This document shows, piece by piece, positions 23,728 through 32,512 of a DNA stretch of 34,126 nucleotides (the first letter of the stretch is position 1; the number at the start of each line of letters is the position of its first letter). A model generated the notes under the pieces. That model saw nothing but the letters and a program-made list of their open reading frames with translations, made no database searches and was not told the origin of the DNA. A program made the position numbers and the translations under genes. The DNA is from Pseudomonadota bacterium (lineage in GTDB: Bacteria; Bdellovibrionota_G; JALEGL01; DATDPG01): the NCBI GenBank assembly GCA_043804515.1, contig JAZDIZ010000087.1, positions 1-34,126 on the forward strand, written 5' to 3'.

Positions 23728-23748
23728 TTCAAGTCCGGCCCTCGGCAC
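23728..23748 (+). repeat. 21-bp direct repeat of the tRNA-Leu 3' end (att-like)
   Basis: ttcaagtccggccctcggcac is identical to 23535-23555. Confidence 0.9.
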
Positions 23749-23835
23749 GGTCTCAGGGATTCCCGCACATTGCCTTCTGTGCCCATCGGCGTACGCTGCG
23801 GCGTTCTTTCACTCACAGCTTCCTAGGAGCGAACC

Positions 23836-24078
23836 ATGAAAACGTATGCCTATGTTCTGGTATCCACCGAACCCCGCAAACACACGGAGACGTATAACCA
23901 CCTGTGCGACATCCCCGGCGTGAAATCGGCGCATCAAACAACGGGCCGGTATGACGTAATTCTCTGGTGCGAAGCCAACGATGCTTCCGCGATGTCCAAG
24001 ATGGTCATCGACAAAGTCCGTGGGGTCGACGGGATTCGCCGGACCGAGACGCTCTTTGCGTTTGACCGTTCGAACTAG
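23836..24078 (+). CDS. Stand-alone Lrp/AsnC ligand-binding (RAM) domain protein
   Basis: AGGAG RBS; AYVLV...IPGVKSAHQTTGRYDVI...VIDKVRGVDGIRRTETL; no HTH domain. Confidence 0.88.
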   Translation: MKTYAYVLVSTEPRKHTETYNHLCDIPGVKSAHQTTGRYDVILWCEANDASAMSKMVIDKVRGVDGIRRTETLFAFDRSN

Positions 24079-24089
24079 CCGTTCTTTGT

Positions 24090-24122
24090 AAATGGGGAGA
24101 CGCCCTTTTGGGGGTGTCCCCA
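24090..24122. repeat. Short hairpin with family A-like termini
   Basis: aaatggggagacgccc-tttt-gggggtgtcccca (11/13 complementary), 11 nt after the Lrp/AsnC-domain stop; may double as a terminator. Confidence 0.55.
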
Positions 24123-24383
24123 GCGGCCGAAAAGTGTGATTTCCGGATCGACCGTGAATCACCGGCCGCCGATACGAGTGTTGTTACCCGTTCTCTGTGT
24201 CGCCTTCGCTGTCGGCATTTTTGTATCGACCCGCGCAGGTGAAAAGGACGCCCTGGAAAAGTGTCCGCACGGGGACGAGGCCATTCACAATCCAAAAACG
24301 GCGGACGGTCGCCCCGCCCTGGATCTGTCTTCACAGCGTGTTCAGCGACACCGGCGCAATTTACATCGCCGCTGGTGCTATCG

Positions 24384-24998
24384 CTATTTGGCTCCTGGGG
24401 GAAACTTTCCGTAGTACTGGGCATTCAAGAGCTTGCCCCAAGTCGCTCTGGGATTCTCGGAAAGGCTCCCGATCATCCAAAGCAAATAGGGATACCTTCC
24501 GTCCATTCGATTCAGGTCGCAGCGAACCCCGTGAGCAATCCTCGGCAAGGCGTGACAAGAGGCCTTGGCTTCGGCGCCCACATGAAACTCAATGCGAGAG
24601 TTTACGGGGGCGTCGGTTTCGCCGACGATATTCATCAGAAGCCAGTTGTGAAATTCGTCACCTCCGGGAAGAAAGATCATCGGTCCGCGTTTTTTACCCT
24701 CGCGCATATACCGGATCGGAACCCCCACAAGTGACTCCGCAAAGTGGATGTCGGCGATGGACATCGTGAACATATGAATCGGCTTCATCCCTTCCACATA
24801 TAGAAACACCTCGGAATTAGACTCGCCCGACTCTGTCGAGATCACAGGCGGAAGAAAGGACTCGGATTGCACGGCGGACTCTCGATGACCGGTTTGTCCG
24901 TCGGTCGGATCCCCATCCAGGACATCGGAAGCGCGTGCCACCGAAATGGGAGCTGAAACTAAGATCAACAGGCCAAGGATTGCGAAAATACGGCTCAT
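24384..24998 (-). CDS. Hypothetical secreted protein
   Basis: AAGGGGA RBS, ATG 24998, signal peptide MSRIFAILGLLILVSAPISVARA. Confidence 0.7.
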   Translation of the reverse strand: MSRIFAILGLLILVSAPISVARASDVLDGDPTDGQTGHRESAVQSESFLPPVISTESGESNSEVFLYVEGMKPIHMFTMSIADIHFAESLVGVPIRYMREGKKRGPMIFLPGGDEFHNWLLMNIVGETDAPVNSRIEFHVGAEAKASCHALPRIAHGVRCDLNRMDGRYPYLLWMIGSLSENPRATWGKLLNAQYYGKFPPGAK

Positions 24999-25079
24999 GC
25001 TTTCCCCTTTGTACGACTTGCCGCAGTGCGTATAAGAATTTAGCGAGAAGATCAAGTTCCAGGAGATATTCTTCAAACG

Positions 25080-25874
25080 ATGGCCACGCTGTCTTTTGTG
25101 ATCACAAAATTGCTCTGGTTCCTTTTCAGGCCTGACAATCTTCTTGTCTTCGGCCTTGTCTTTGCCGTGATCGCGCTTCGGACGCGCCTCCACAAATGGG
25201 GCCAGCGGGTTCTCATCATTATTACATGTGTTTTTGTAGCGCTTTCATTCCTACCCATTGGGGACGTCCTGATCGGAACGCTTGAGGATCGATACCCGTC
25301 CCCGGTGTCGCTTCCTGAAAACGTTGAAGGGATCGTGATCCTTGGCGGAGCGATCCAGGCCGATGTTTCCGCGGACCGGCATGTGATGGCCTTCTATCCG
25401 GAAGTGGGGCGTCTCACGGGCGCCATCCCGCTCATGCGAAAATTTCCTCATGCCAAAGTCGTGTTCGCCGGCGGATCTGGGGCCCTGTTCGATCAAACAC
25501 TCCGCGAGGCGGATTTCGCGAAGCGGTTCTTCTCCGATCTGGGGCTCGACACGTCCAGAATAATTTTTGATCGGGACTCTCGAAATACGTTCGAAAACGC
25601 CGTAGAGACAATAGAACTCGGACAACCCACCGGCACACAGCCGTGGATTCTCGTCACATCCGCGTACCACATGCCGAGGTCCGTCGGGACGTTCCGGAAA
25701 GCGGGGCTGGAGGTAATCCCATATCCTGTGGACTATCGGACGGTCCGCTCCCGGATCTTTCGATTCTCCCCGGGTCTCTTCACGTCCGCCGACGTCATTC
25801 GCACCGCCGTCAAGGAATGGGGAGGGTTGATCGCCTATTATCTGATGGGACGGACGTCCCAATTCCTGCCGTAG
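25080..25874 (+). CDS. YdcF/ElyC (DUF218) family membrane protein
   Basis: N-terminal TM helices, GIVILGG, FAGGSG, EAD, SRNTFENA, LVTSAYHMPRS...F, PYPVDY, KEWGGLIAY. Confidence 0.92.
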   Translation: MATLSFVITKLLWFLFRPDNLLVFGLVFAVIALRTRLHKWGQRVLIIITCVFVALSFLPIGDVLIGTLEDRYPSPVSLPENVEGIVILGGAIQADVSADRHVMAFYPEVGRLTGAIPLMRKFPHAKVVFAGGSGALFDQTLREADFAKRFFSDLGLDTSRIIFDRDSRNTFENAVETIELGQPTGTQPWILVTSAYHMPRSVGTFRKAGLEVIPYPVDYRTVRSRIFRFSPGLFTSADVIRTAVKEWGGLIAYYLMGRTSQFLP

Positions 25875-25875
25875 G

Positions 25876-26745
25876 CTAATGCGCCAGTTGGTCGCACACG
25901 ACGAAGTGCTTGCCGAAGGCTCTCTTTAGGTCACCGACGGTCGGCATGTCGGCATTCGATGCGGCGTATGTCTGACTGAGCGGTTTGATTTTGTTTTTCT
26001 CCAGAACCGCCGTTTTTGAACAGAGAACACCCAACACGTTTTCTTCGTTGTCTTTAAATTTCAGATGAACGTTCAATGCGTTCGGATCGTTGGCCTCGAT
26101 CTTGGCGACGTAGAACTCCCGGTTTACGTCGACCGTCCATTTCTTGCCTCTGGATTGCACTTCCAGGCGGCACGTCGACTCAGTTTTGGAATAATTATTT
26201 CCGATGATTCCCCCGGCTTTCAGAAAGTTCCCTTTTTGAAACAGAGGGGCGGAGTCTTTGGCATCCAGCTGGATCGCTTTTTTTGACTCCAGATAAATCC
26301 CGTCGGAAGCCGCCACCACGGCCAACGAAACGCCATCGGCCACTTCCTTGTCCGTCTTCGGACACTTTTTGGACCCGTCCACGTAGGTGAGACGTTCCAG
26401 CTTCGTCGCTGGGGCGGTCTTCGGAGGAACAGCCGGTTTCTTGTCTGCAGCGGTCGGAGTTTTATTCCCCTCTTTTGCCTTTGTGGCCGGTTTCTCCTTC
26501 GACGGTGGAACAATAGGTGTTTCCGGTTTTTGTTTGTCGGGTGCACTCTTCTTTTCGTCTGAGGGTTTCGGAAGCTTGAAAGTGTCCAAACTCGCTCCTT
26601 GCGATTGTGAGGCGGCCGCGACGGTCCCATGCGTGATCACCGCCGTGTCCGTGAACTCCTTTTTGTGGTGACAACCTGCGACCAGAACGAGCAGAAAGAC
26701 GCCCAAGAGTGCGCTTGGAACACGAGTTGTGGACGATCGAGACAT
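25876..26745 (-). CDS. Hypothetical lipoprotein with Lys/Pro-rich linker
   Basis: AGGGA RBS, LVAGC lipobox, low-complexity PKPSDEKK...PATK segment followed by a globular Cys-containing domain. Confidence 0.8.
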   Translation of the reverse strand: MSRSSTTRVPSALLGVFLLVLVAGCHHKKEFTDTAVITHGTVAAASQSQGASLDTFKLPKPSDEKKSAPDKQKPETPIVPPSKEKPATKAKEGNKTPTAADKKPAVPPKTAPATKLERLTYVDGSKKCPKTDKEVADGVSLAVVAASDGIYLESKKAIQLDAKDSAPLFQKGNFLKAGGIIGNNYSKTESTCRLEVQSRGKKWTVDVNREFYVAKIEANDPNALNVHLKFKDNEENVLGVLCSKTAVLEKNKIKPLSQTYAASNADMPTVGDLKRAFGKHFVVCDQLAH

Positions 26746-26773
26746 AGTCCTTTCCCTAAGAATTAACTCAGTT

Positions 26774-26788
26774 TCAAGCTCTATGCCA
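26774..26788 (-). promoter_or_regulatory. Candidate sigma54 promoter (variant -12 box)
   Basis: Minus strand TGGCATAGAGCTTGA, 28 nt upstream of ATG 26745 (same spacing as at the subtilase gene). Confidence 0.45.
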
Positions 26789-26855
26789 AGGAGCGAGCCT
26801 TTAACTGACTGAAATTGTTTTGATTTTTCTATAAGCCGAGCTGGCGAGCTGCGAT

Positions 26856-27893
26856 ATGGGCGTGCCTTGCCGCAGTTCTGAGGTATGTTCTCCTCTCATG
26901 GGTTTCAGGCTGGTCCAGCGTGACGTGATCGGATTGGTCTATCACTTGGTTTCCGAAGAAGCGCCGGACCATGTCCGGAACTTGTACCCGTTCAAAGCCC
27001 CCCGCGAGTTCGAAGCTGACGTCGAGTATGTAAAGGCTCACTTCCCGGTCGTGTCCTATGAAGAGGCCGCGAAAGCCAGAAAGGGCGAGGGGCAGCTTAA
27101 GCCCAATTCGATTCTGTTCACGGTAGATGATGGCTTTCGCGAATGCATAACGGAAATCGCGCCGATCCTGAAACGCCATAACATTCCGGTGGTTTTTTTC
27201 GTCTGCACGGATTTTCTGGATAACCGGCATCTCTCCTACCGCTCGAAAGTGTCTCTGTGTATCGAGAAGGCTAAGGGTCTGCATGCTACGCAACTCGAAA
27301 CGGTCCGTCGGGAGATGGAAAATGCCCACCGGGAGCAAAAAGACTTTAGGTTGTGGCTTCTGTCATTGTCCTGCGACGAAGAGGGACTGATCGACGGCGT
27401 TTGCGAGCGGCTCGGCGTGAATGTCACGGAGTATCTCGACCGGCGCAGGCCCTTCCTGACTTCCGCGGAGGTCCAAACCCTTTCCCGTGACAGATTCGTC
27501 ATCGGGGCGCATTCAACGAAGCATCCGGATTTCCGGCGCCTCAAACCGGACGAGATGGAGCGGGAGATCGTGGAATCGTGCAGGGCCGTTCAGAAGTTAA
27601 CGGGGCAAAAGGAAGTGCCGTTCGCGTTCCCGTTCGACGGGGCGGGCGTGGATCGGGAGCTCTTGGCGCGGCTTCGGAAAACCTACCCGTTCATCGGGCT
27701 GATCTTCGACATCCACGGGTTCCGTCCGGATGCGCCTTTTGTCGTGAACCGGATCTGGGTGGATAAACCCGGGCCGAGCAATTCCGGCTCAAATCTCCCG
27801 CGTCTCTTTAGCAGGGCATTTCGAAGGTATCTGCTCTGGAGGGTCTGGCGTTCCTGCTTCTTTGGAATTGGGACGTTAAAGCGCAGAACCTGA
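26856..27893 (+). CDS. Polysaccharide deacetylase (CE4/NodB-like)
   Basis: LVYHLV, LFTVDDGF, IAPILKRHNIPVVFFV, IGAHSTKHP, FAFPFDG motifs; the start may be ATG 26898. Confidence 0.9.
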   Translation: MGVPCRSSEVCSPLMGFRLVQRDVIGLVYHLVSEEAPDHVRNLYPFKAPREFEADVEYVKAHFPVVSYEEAAKARKGEGQLKPNSILFTVDDGFRECITEIAPILKRHNIPVVFFVCTDFLDNRHLSYRSKVSLCIEKAKGLHATQLETVRREMENAHREQKDFRLWLLSLSCDEEGLIDGVCERLGVNVTEYLDRRRPFLTSAEVQTLSRDRFVIGAHSTKHPDFRRLKPDEMEREIVESCRAVQKLTGQKEVPFAFPFDGAGVDRELLARLRKTYPFIGLIFDIHGFRPDAPFVVNRIWVDKPGPSNSGSNLPRLFSRAFRRYLLWRVWRSCFFGIGTLKRRT

Positions 27894-27956
27894 TCTCGCT
27901 CATCGTAATCCGATAGGTTCTTGATATCTAATAGGTTCCGAACGCGAACGGATACA

Positions 27957-30251
27957 ATGGCTTTTCTGTGTAATTGGCGCCTCCCAATTCTAGTTTCCTT
28001 CTTAAGCTTGGGTGTGATCGTCTGCTCCAGCAGTATTTCCGTAAGCCCACATCAGGGGAACGGAACGAGTGGAACCGCGAACCCCACGTGCCTGGGGAGC
28101 GAATCGGCAAACAAGCTTGCGCAAGAGGACCAGACGCCGGTTCAATACGTGACCATCGGAGGGGAAAGCGTCGGCATTTACGACCACCCGAGGATCTGGC
28201 TCAACCCGACCTGGATCGACGCCCTGAAAGCCAAAGCCGTGTCCTCGAATCCAATGTGGGCCAGCCTGGATGAGACGAATACCGAGCACCTGAACGACTA
28301 CACGAACAAGGCCAGCGCTTCCATCCTCCTTAACTTCGCTTTAGGTTTCGTCGTGTCGGGGAATCCGAATTATCTCACCGCGGCCAAGAAGGTTCTTTCG
28401 AATTTTCAAGACAACGCGATCTACACTCTCCCCGGAGGCGACCAAAGCGGCTGTCTTAACGGTGTCATCGATAACGGCTCGATCGACCTCATCTACATCG
28501 GCGCCGCATACGACTGGCTGGCGGCCGACCTGGGCGAGCCGGACAAAACGAATATCCGAAACTGGGTGTTTGACACGTTCATCCCGTTCCTTAGGCAGTG
28601 CCATTATTGGGACGACCCGGACCACAATCTGGGGCACACGAAATGGATCGGCGAACTCATCTGGAGCCTCGCGACGGTGGGCGACGACTCTCGTGCGAAC
28701 GACATTCTGGATTACCGGTACACGTTTTGGCGGGATCAGATGGCGCCGATCTTCGACCGGACATACCCCGGCGGGCACAGCTACGGCGGAAGCGGCTACG
28801 GCTACAACCGCAGTTACAAGTACGCCCTCTACGGGATGGAAGCTCTCACGACGTGCACGACGCTCAACGGATATGACGGCCATCCGTGGGCCGTGGATGG
28901 AATCTGCTACCGGATGCACAGCGTCCTTCCGAGTCAGGCCGCTTTTCACTCCGATTGGGAGGTGGCCGACGCTCACTTCAACGAGGGAAGGATGAACGAG
29001 AACGAAGCCCTGATGGTGCGCCGGTTCCAAGGCTCACAGGAAGCCAAGTTCGGCCAATTCTTCCTGACCGACGTGTTCAGGGTGGAAGAATCTTCAGGCT
29101 CCTGGTCGGCCGGGAACCCGATCAACGCCCTGTACGCGGGACTCTGGTTCCTTTGGTACGACCCGGCGTACGAGAAGGAATCGTACTTCACCGAGCCCAC
29201 AGCATACATGGCTCCCGGATTGGGCGTCGGCTTCAGCCGCACGAGCTGGAGTGATACGAGCTCGGCCTGGGCCAGCTTCTCCGCAGCCCCTTTTATAGGG
29301 GATCACCAACTGCACAACGATGGAAGCTTCAAAATTTGGAAGAATGGCGAATACCTGGTGATCGAAAACGGGTCCTGTTACGCGGGACAGAACTCGAATG
29401 AGACGCCACCCGATACGAACATCCTGTTCGTCGGGGACGGAATGAACACGCAGTACGATGAGCTTACCGGCGGGATCCGCAGGCGTGAAACCAGCAACGG
29501 ATCGATCACGAAATTCTCGCAGGGGACAACCTACGCCTACTTCGTGGGGGACATCGGCGACGCGTACGACCCCGATTATTATCCCATGAACAGCTTCCAG
29601 CGGATCTGGACGCACTTTCGGCCCGCCAGCGGAAGCAGTGATGACTACTTCGTTCTGATCGATCGCGTGGACGGGGAGTCCGCCTGGGCGAAGAAACAAT
29701 ATGTCTACACGGCCTACGTTCCGACCGTTGCGGGGAAAGACGCCACGATAACGACGCCAACGGCCAAAAACCGCCTGGCCGTGCGATCGGTTCTTCCGGA
29801 CAATGCGACGGTGGCGAAGGAAGACGTGACGGACAAGACGGAAACCTGCCTGACCCAGGAAGAAAACGACCATCCGTCTAGGCTCACGATCAGCGAGGGC
29901 TCACCTCCCCAAGCAAAACAAATGTTTGTGACGGTTTTTCAAGTCGGGGTTCCGGCCTCCGCGATGCCGACCACGGAAGCGCTTGCATCGACGAACGGCT
30001 CGCTGAAAGGTGTTCTCATTAAAGACGGCGTGCAAAATCGCGGGCTTCTGGTAAGCGCGACCTCCGACGCGGTGAGCGGAACGATTTCCTTCTCAACAAC
30101 GGCCTCGGCCGGATCCGAATTCATCGTCGGGGACCTTCCGGCGAATCAGAAATATAACGCAACGTACAGTTCGGGGACGATCACGCTGGAACCAAGTGAC
30201 TCAGGTTCGGTGTCAGCGGATTCCCAAGGCGTTTTGGATCTCGCCCTCTAG
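27957..30251 (+). CDS. Heparinase II/III-like (alpha-toroid + beta-sandwich) putative polysaccharide lyase, exported
   Basis: HPRIWL, AYDWL, HNL, GG...G.GY, GLGVGFSRTSW, GDHQLHNDGSFKIWKNGEYLVIE, YFVLIDRV motifs; N-terminal hydrophobic signal with Cys. Confidence 0.7.
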   Translation: MAFLCNWRLPILVSFLSLGVIVCSSSISVSPHQGNGTSGTANPTCLGSESANKLAQEDQTPVQYVTIGGESVGIYDHPRIWLNPTWIDALKAKAVSSNPMWASLDETNTEHLNDYTNKASASILLNFALGFVVSGNPNYLTAAKKVLSNFQDNAIYTLPGGDQSGCLNGVIDNGSIDLIYIGAAYDWLAADLGEPDKTNIRNWVFDTFIPFLRQCHYWDDPDHNLGHTKWIGELIWSLATVGDDSRANDILDYRYTFWRDQMAPIFDRTYPGGHSYGGSGYGYNRSYKYALYGMEALTTCTTLNGYDGHPWAVDGICYRMHSVLPSQAAFHSDWEVADAHFNEGRMNENEALMVRRFQGSQEAKFGQFFLTDVFRVEESSGSWSAGNPINALYAGLWFLWYDPAYEKESYFTEPTAYMAPGLGVGFSRTSWSDTSSAWASFSAAPFIGDHQLHNDGSFKIWKNGEYLVIENGSCYAGQNSNETPPDTNILFVGDGMNTQYDELTGGIRRRETSNGSITKFSQGTTYAYFVGDIGDAYDPDYYPMNSFQRIWTHFRPASGSSDDYFVLIDRVDGESAWAKKQYVYTAYVPTVAGKDATITTPTAKNRLAVRSVLPDNATVAKEDVTDKTETCLTQEENDHPSRLTISEGSPPQAKQMFVTVFQVGVPASAMPTTEALASTNGSLKGVLIKDGVQNRGLLVSATSDAVSGTISFSTTASAGSEFIVGDLPANQKYNATYSSGTITLEPSDSGSVSADSQGVLDLAL

Positions 30252-30337
30252 ACCGAGACGTTCACAAAATACGCTGGCCGACTTGATCGACGAAAATTCC
30301 GCGAAACGTCCTGCTCCGATAGACTATGGGGCGCCGC

Positions 30338-32512
30338 ATGGCCAAATCACCCATCTTTGCCGGACTGGCCTGTGCTTTGTTCTCGGTCGCCGCCTCAGGG
30401 GAAGACGCCACCTCGGCGCTTCAGCCGCCGTCGGCTAGGGCGGTGTTCGCCGCCAAGGCGCCGCACATCGACGGTGTCCTTGATGAGGCGGCCTGGACTG
30501 TGGGCCCCGTGCAGAGCGGTCTCATCCAGCGGCAACCGTTTGTCGGCCGGCCGGCCAGCGAGACGACGGAATTCCGTGTTCTGTTCGACGAGAAAAGCCT
30601 CTACGTGGGGATCCTCTGCCGAGACCGGGAACCGGCGAAGATCATAGGTCGCTCGCGGCGGCTCGATTCCAACCGGATCTACGAAGACGACTATGTCTCG
30701 GTAAACATCGATTCCGCGCTGGATCACCGCACGGTCTACGGGTTCACGATGAATCCTTTGGGCGCCATGATCGACGGCAAGGGATTGAACAATGGCGAGG
30801 ACTTTCTCGTGACGTGGGACGCCGTCTGGGAAGGGGCCACCCGCGTGACGGAGGAAGGATGGACGGCTGAATTCCGGATCCCGTTCACGAGCCTGGAGTA
30901 CGATCCCTCCGCCAGCCGCACGCTTGGACTCAACGTCACCCGTTTCATCGCCCGCCGCAACGAAGCGGATGATTGGGCCCCGATCCCGCCCCCGTTCGAT
31001 GCCTTTGAGGCGCTCTACTACGGCCATCTGGAAGGCTTGAGCATTCAACTCAGGCGGTGGCGCGAGCTTTCCTTCTTTCCCTCCATTGCCGGCGGCTTCG
31101 ATCAGAGCCCTCCCGCCGGGAAGGACTTCGTCCTCCGTCCCAGCCTCGGTCTGAAGCTCCCCCTGACGCGCACCGCGATCCTGCAGGGGACGGTAAAGAC
31201 CGATTTCTCCCAGGTGGAGATCGACGACGCGCAGATCAACTTGAACCGCTTCAATCTCTTCTTTTCCGAGCTCCGCCCCTTCTTTCTGGACGGCGCGCAG
31301 TTTTTCGATTTCGGCGTGCCGGGGGTGACCGAACTCTTCTTCAGCCGCCGCATCGGCCTCGATTCGAACGGACAGACGGTTCCGATTCTGCTCGGAACCC
31401 GTTCCTACGGAATCCTGGGGAAATCCGAGTACGGGGCCTTGGACATCCAAACGGAGAGCAGCGGCGGCTCCGTGGCGGAAAATTTCTCGGTGGGGCGTTT
31501 CCGGCAGGACATCGGGCCCAACTCCAATGTCGGCGTTATCCTCACGCACCGGCAGGAGGTGAAGGGAGACGAAGCGCACAATACGGTCGCGGGAGCGGAC
31601 GTGAACCTGAAATCCGCGGACGCGCGCTGGAGTTTCACCGGGTTCGGGGGCGGCTCGTACAGCGATCCCAATCAGGCCGGCGCCACCGTCACCTCGGGAG
31701 GTGTCGGGTATTCGAAGCTGGCTTGGTCTTCCAAGGATTGGGAGTTCTATCAGGCCAACACCTATATCGCGCAGGATTTCGACCCGCAGGTGGGGTTCGT
31801 GCAACGAGCCGGAATCTACGAGCCCGAGCTGTGGCTGGCTCGGGATCTCCGGTTTCCGAACCGGGGCGTGCAACTTCTCCGGTTCGGGCTGTACGGCCAG
31901 CAGTTCTTCAATGACTCCGTGGATCAGGCCATCGATTACTACTACGAAGGAAGCAGCACGCTGCTTACGAACGGGGGATTTCAGGTCGTGGGGACCGGGC
32001 AGAGGCAGTCGGACAAAGTGCTGACCCCATTCGATCTGAAGCCGGGCGTTACCGTACCGACGGGACGCTATTCCGAAACACAATACGCGATTTCGTTCAC
32101 GACCCCGCAGCAATACGACGTAGCCGGTCAGTTCAAGTATCTGACCGGGGGATACTTCGGCGGGCGTATCCACCACTTTCAGCCCAAGGTGATGCTTCGG
32201 CCGTTCACCGCCTTGTATTTACGGACGGCCGCGGATGTGGCGTTGATCGGGATCGATCGTCTGGGGGCCGCGTACACGGCCACAGCGCTCAACTTCACGG
32301 GGCATTACTCCTTCACGACGAAGATGTTCCTGGAGGCCAATGCCGCCTGGAACAGCGTTCAGGACGCGCTCACACTCCAATACCGCTACCGGTATCGTTT
32401 TCTGCCCTTGAGCGATTTCTACATCATCTACAGGGAGCAGCGGACCGCTTCCTCCATGGATACAGTCTTCCGCGAGCTCCTGTTCAAGATCGCCGTCTAT
32501 TTCGCGCGCTGA
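30338..32512 (+). CDS. DUF5916 protein with N-terminal CBM9-like (DOMON-like) domain, probable outer-membrane protein
   Basis: PHIDGVLDEAAW, TEFRVLFDEKSLYVG, WDAVW..GWTAEFRIPF.SL, DFSQVEIDD.QINLNRF.LFFSELRPFFLDG, LFFSRRIGL; beta-strand-rich C-terminus. Confidence 0.85.
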   Translation: MAKSPIFAGLACALFSVAASGEDATSALQPPSARAVFAAKAPHIDGVLDEAAWTVGPVQSGLIQRQPFVGRPASETTEFRVLFDEKSLYVGILCRDREPAKIIGRSRRLDSNRIYEDDYVSVNIDSALDHRTVYGFTMNPLGAMIDGKGLNNGEDFLVTWDAVWEGATRVTEEGWTAEFRIPFTSLEYDPSASRTLGLNVTRFIARRNEADDWAPIPPPFDAFEALYYGHLEGLSIQLRRWRELSFFPSIAGGFDQSPPAGKDFVLRPSLGLKLPLTRTAILQGTVKTDFSQVEIDDAQINLNRFNLFFSELRPFFLDGAQFFDFGVPGVTELFFSRRIGLDSNGQTVPILLGTRSYGILGKSEYGALDIQTESSGGSVAENFSVGRFRQDIGPNSNVGVILTHRQEVKGDEAHNTVAGADVNLKSADARWSFTGFGGGSYSDPNQAGATVTSGGVGYSKLAWSSKDWEFYQANTYIAQDFDPQVGFVQRAGIYEPELWLARDLRFPNRGVQLLRFGLYGQQFFNDSVDQAIDYYYEGSSTLLTNGGFQVVGTGQRQSDKVLTPFDLKPGVTVPTGRYSETQYAISFTTPQQYDVAGQFKYLTGGYFGGRIHHFQPKVMLRPFTALYLRTAADVALIGIDRLGAAYTATALNFTGHYSFTTKMFLEANAAWNSVQDALTLQYRYRYRFLPLSDFYIIYREQRTASSMDTVFRELLFKIAVYFAR

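Noticed and set aside
23640..23897. 85-aa ORF spanning the att-like repeat
   Set aside because: No RBS or motifs, crosses the tRNA-derived repeat and overlaps the Lrp/AsnC-domain gene; not an integrase remnant that I can recognise.
27864..27893. ggaattgggacg at the 3' end of the deacetylase gene resembling a B left end
   Set aside because: Only ~12 nt match with one G missing; could be chance.
30395..32176. Long antisense ORFs (593 aa here; also 1084-2004, 2106-2990, 5920-6888, 13529-14500)
   Set aside because: Shadow frames opposite well-supported genes, expected with high-GC codon bias; no recognisable motifs.
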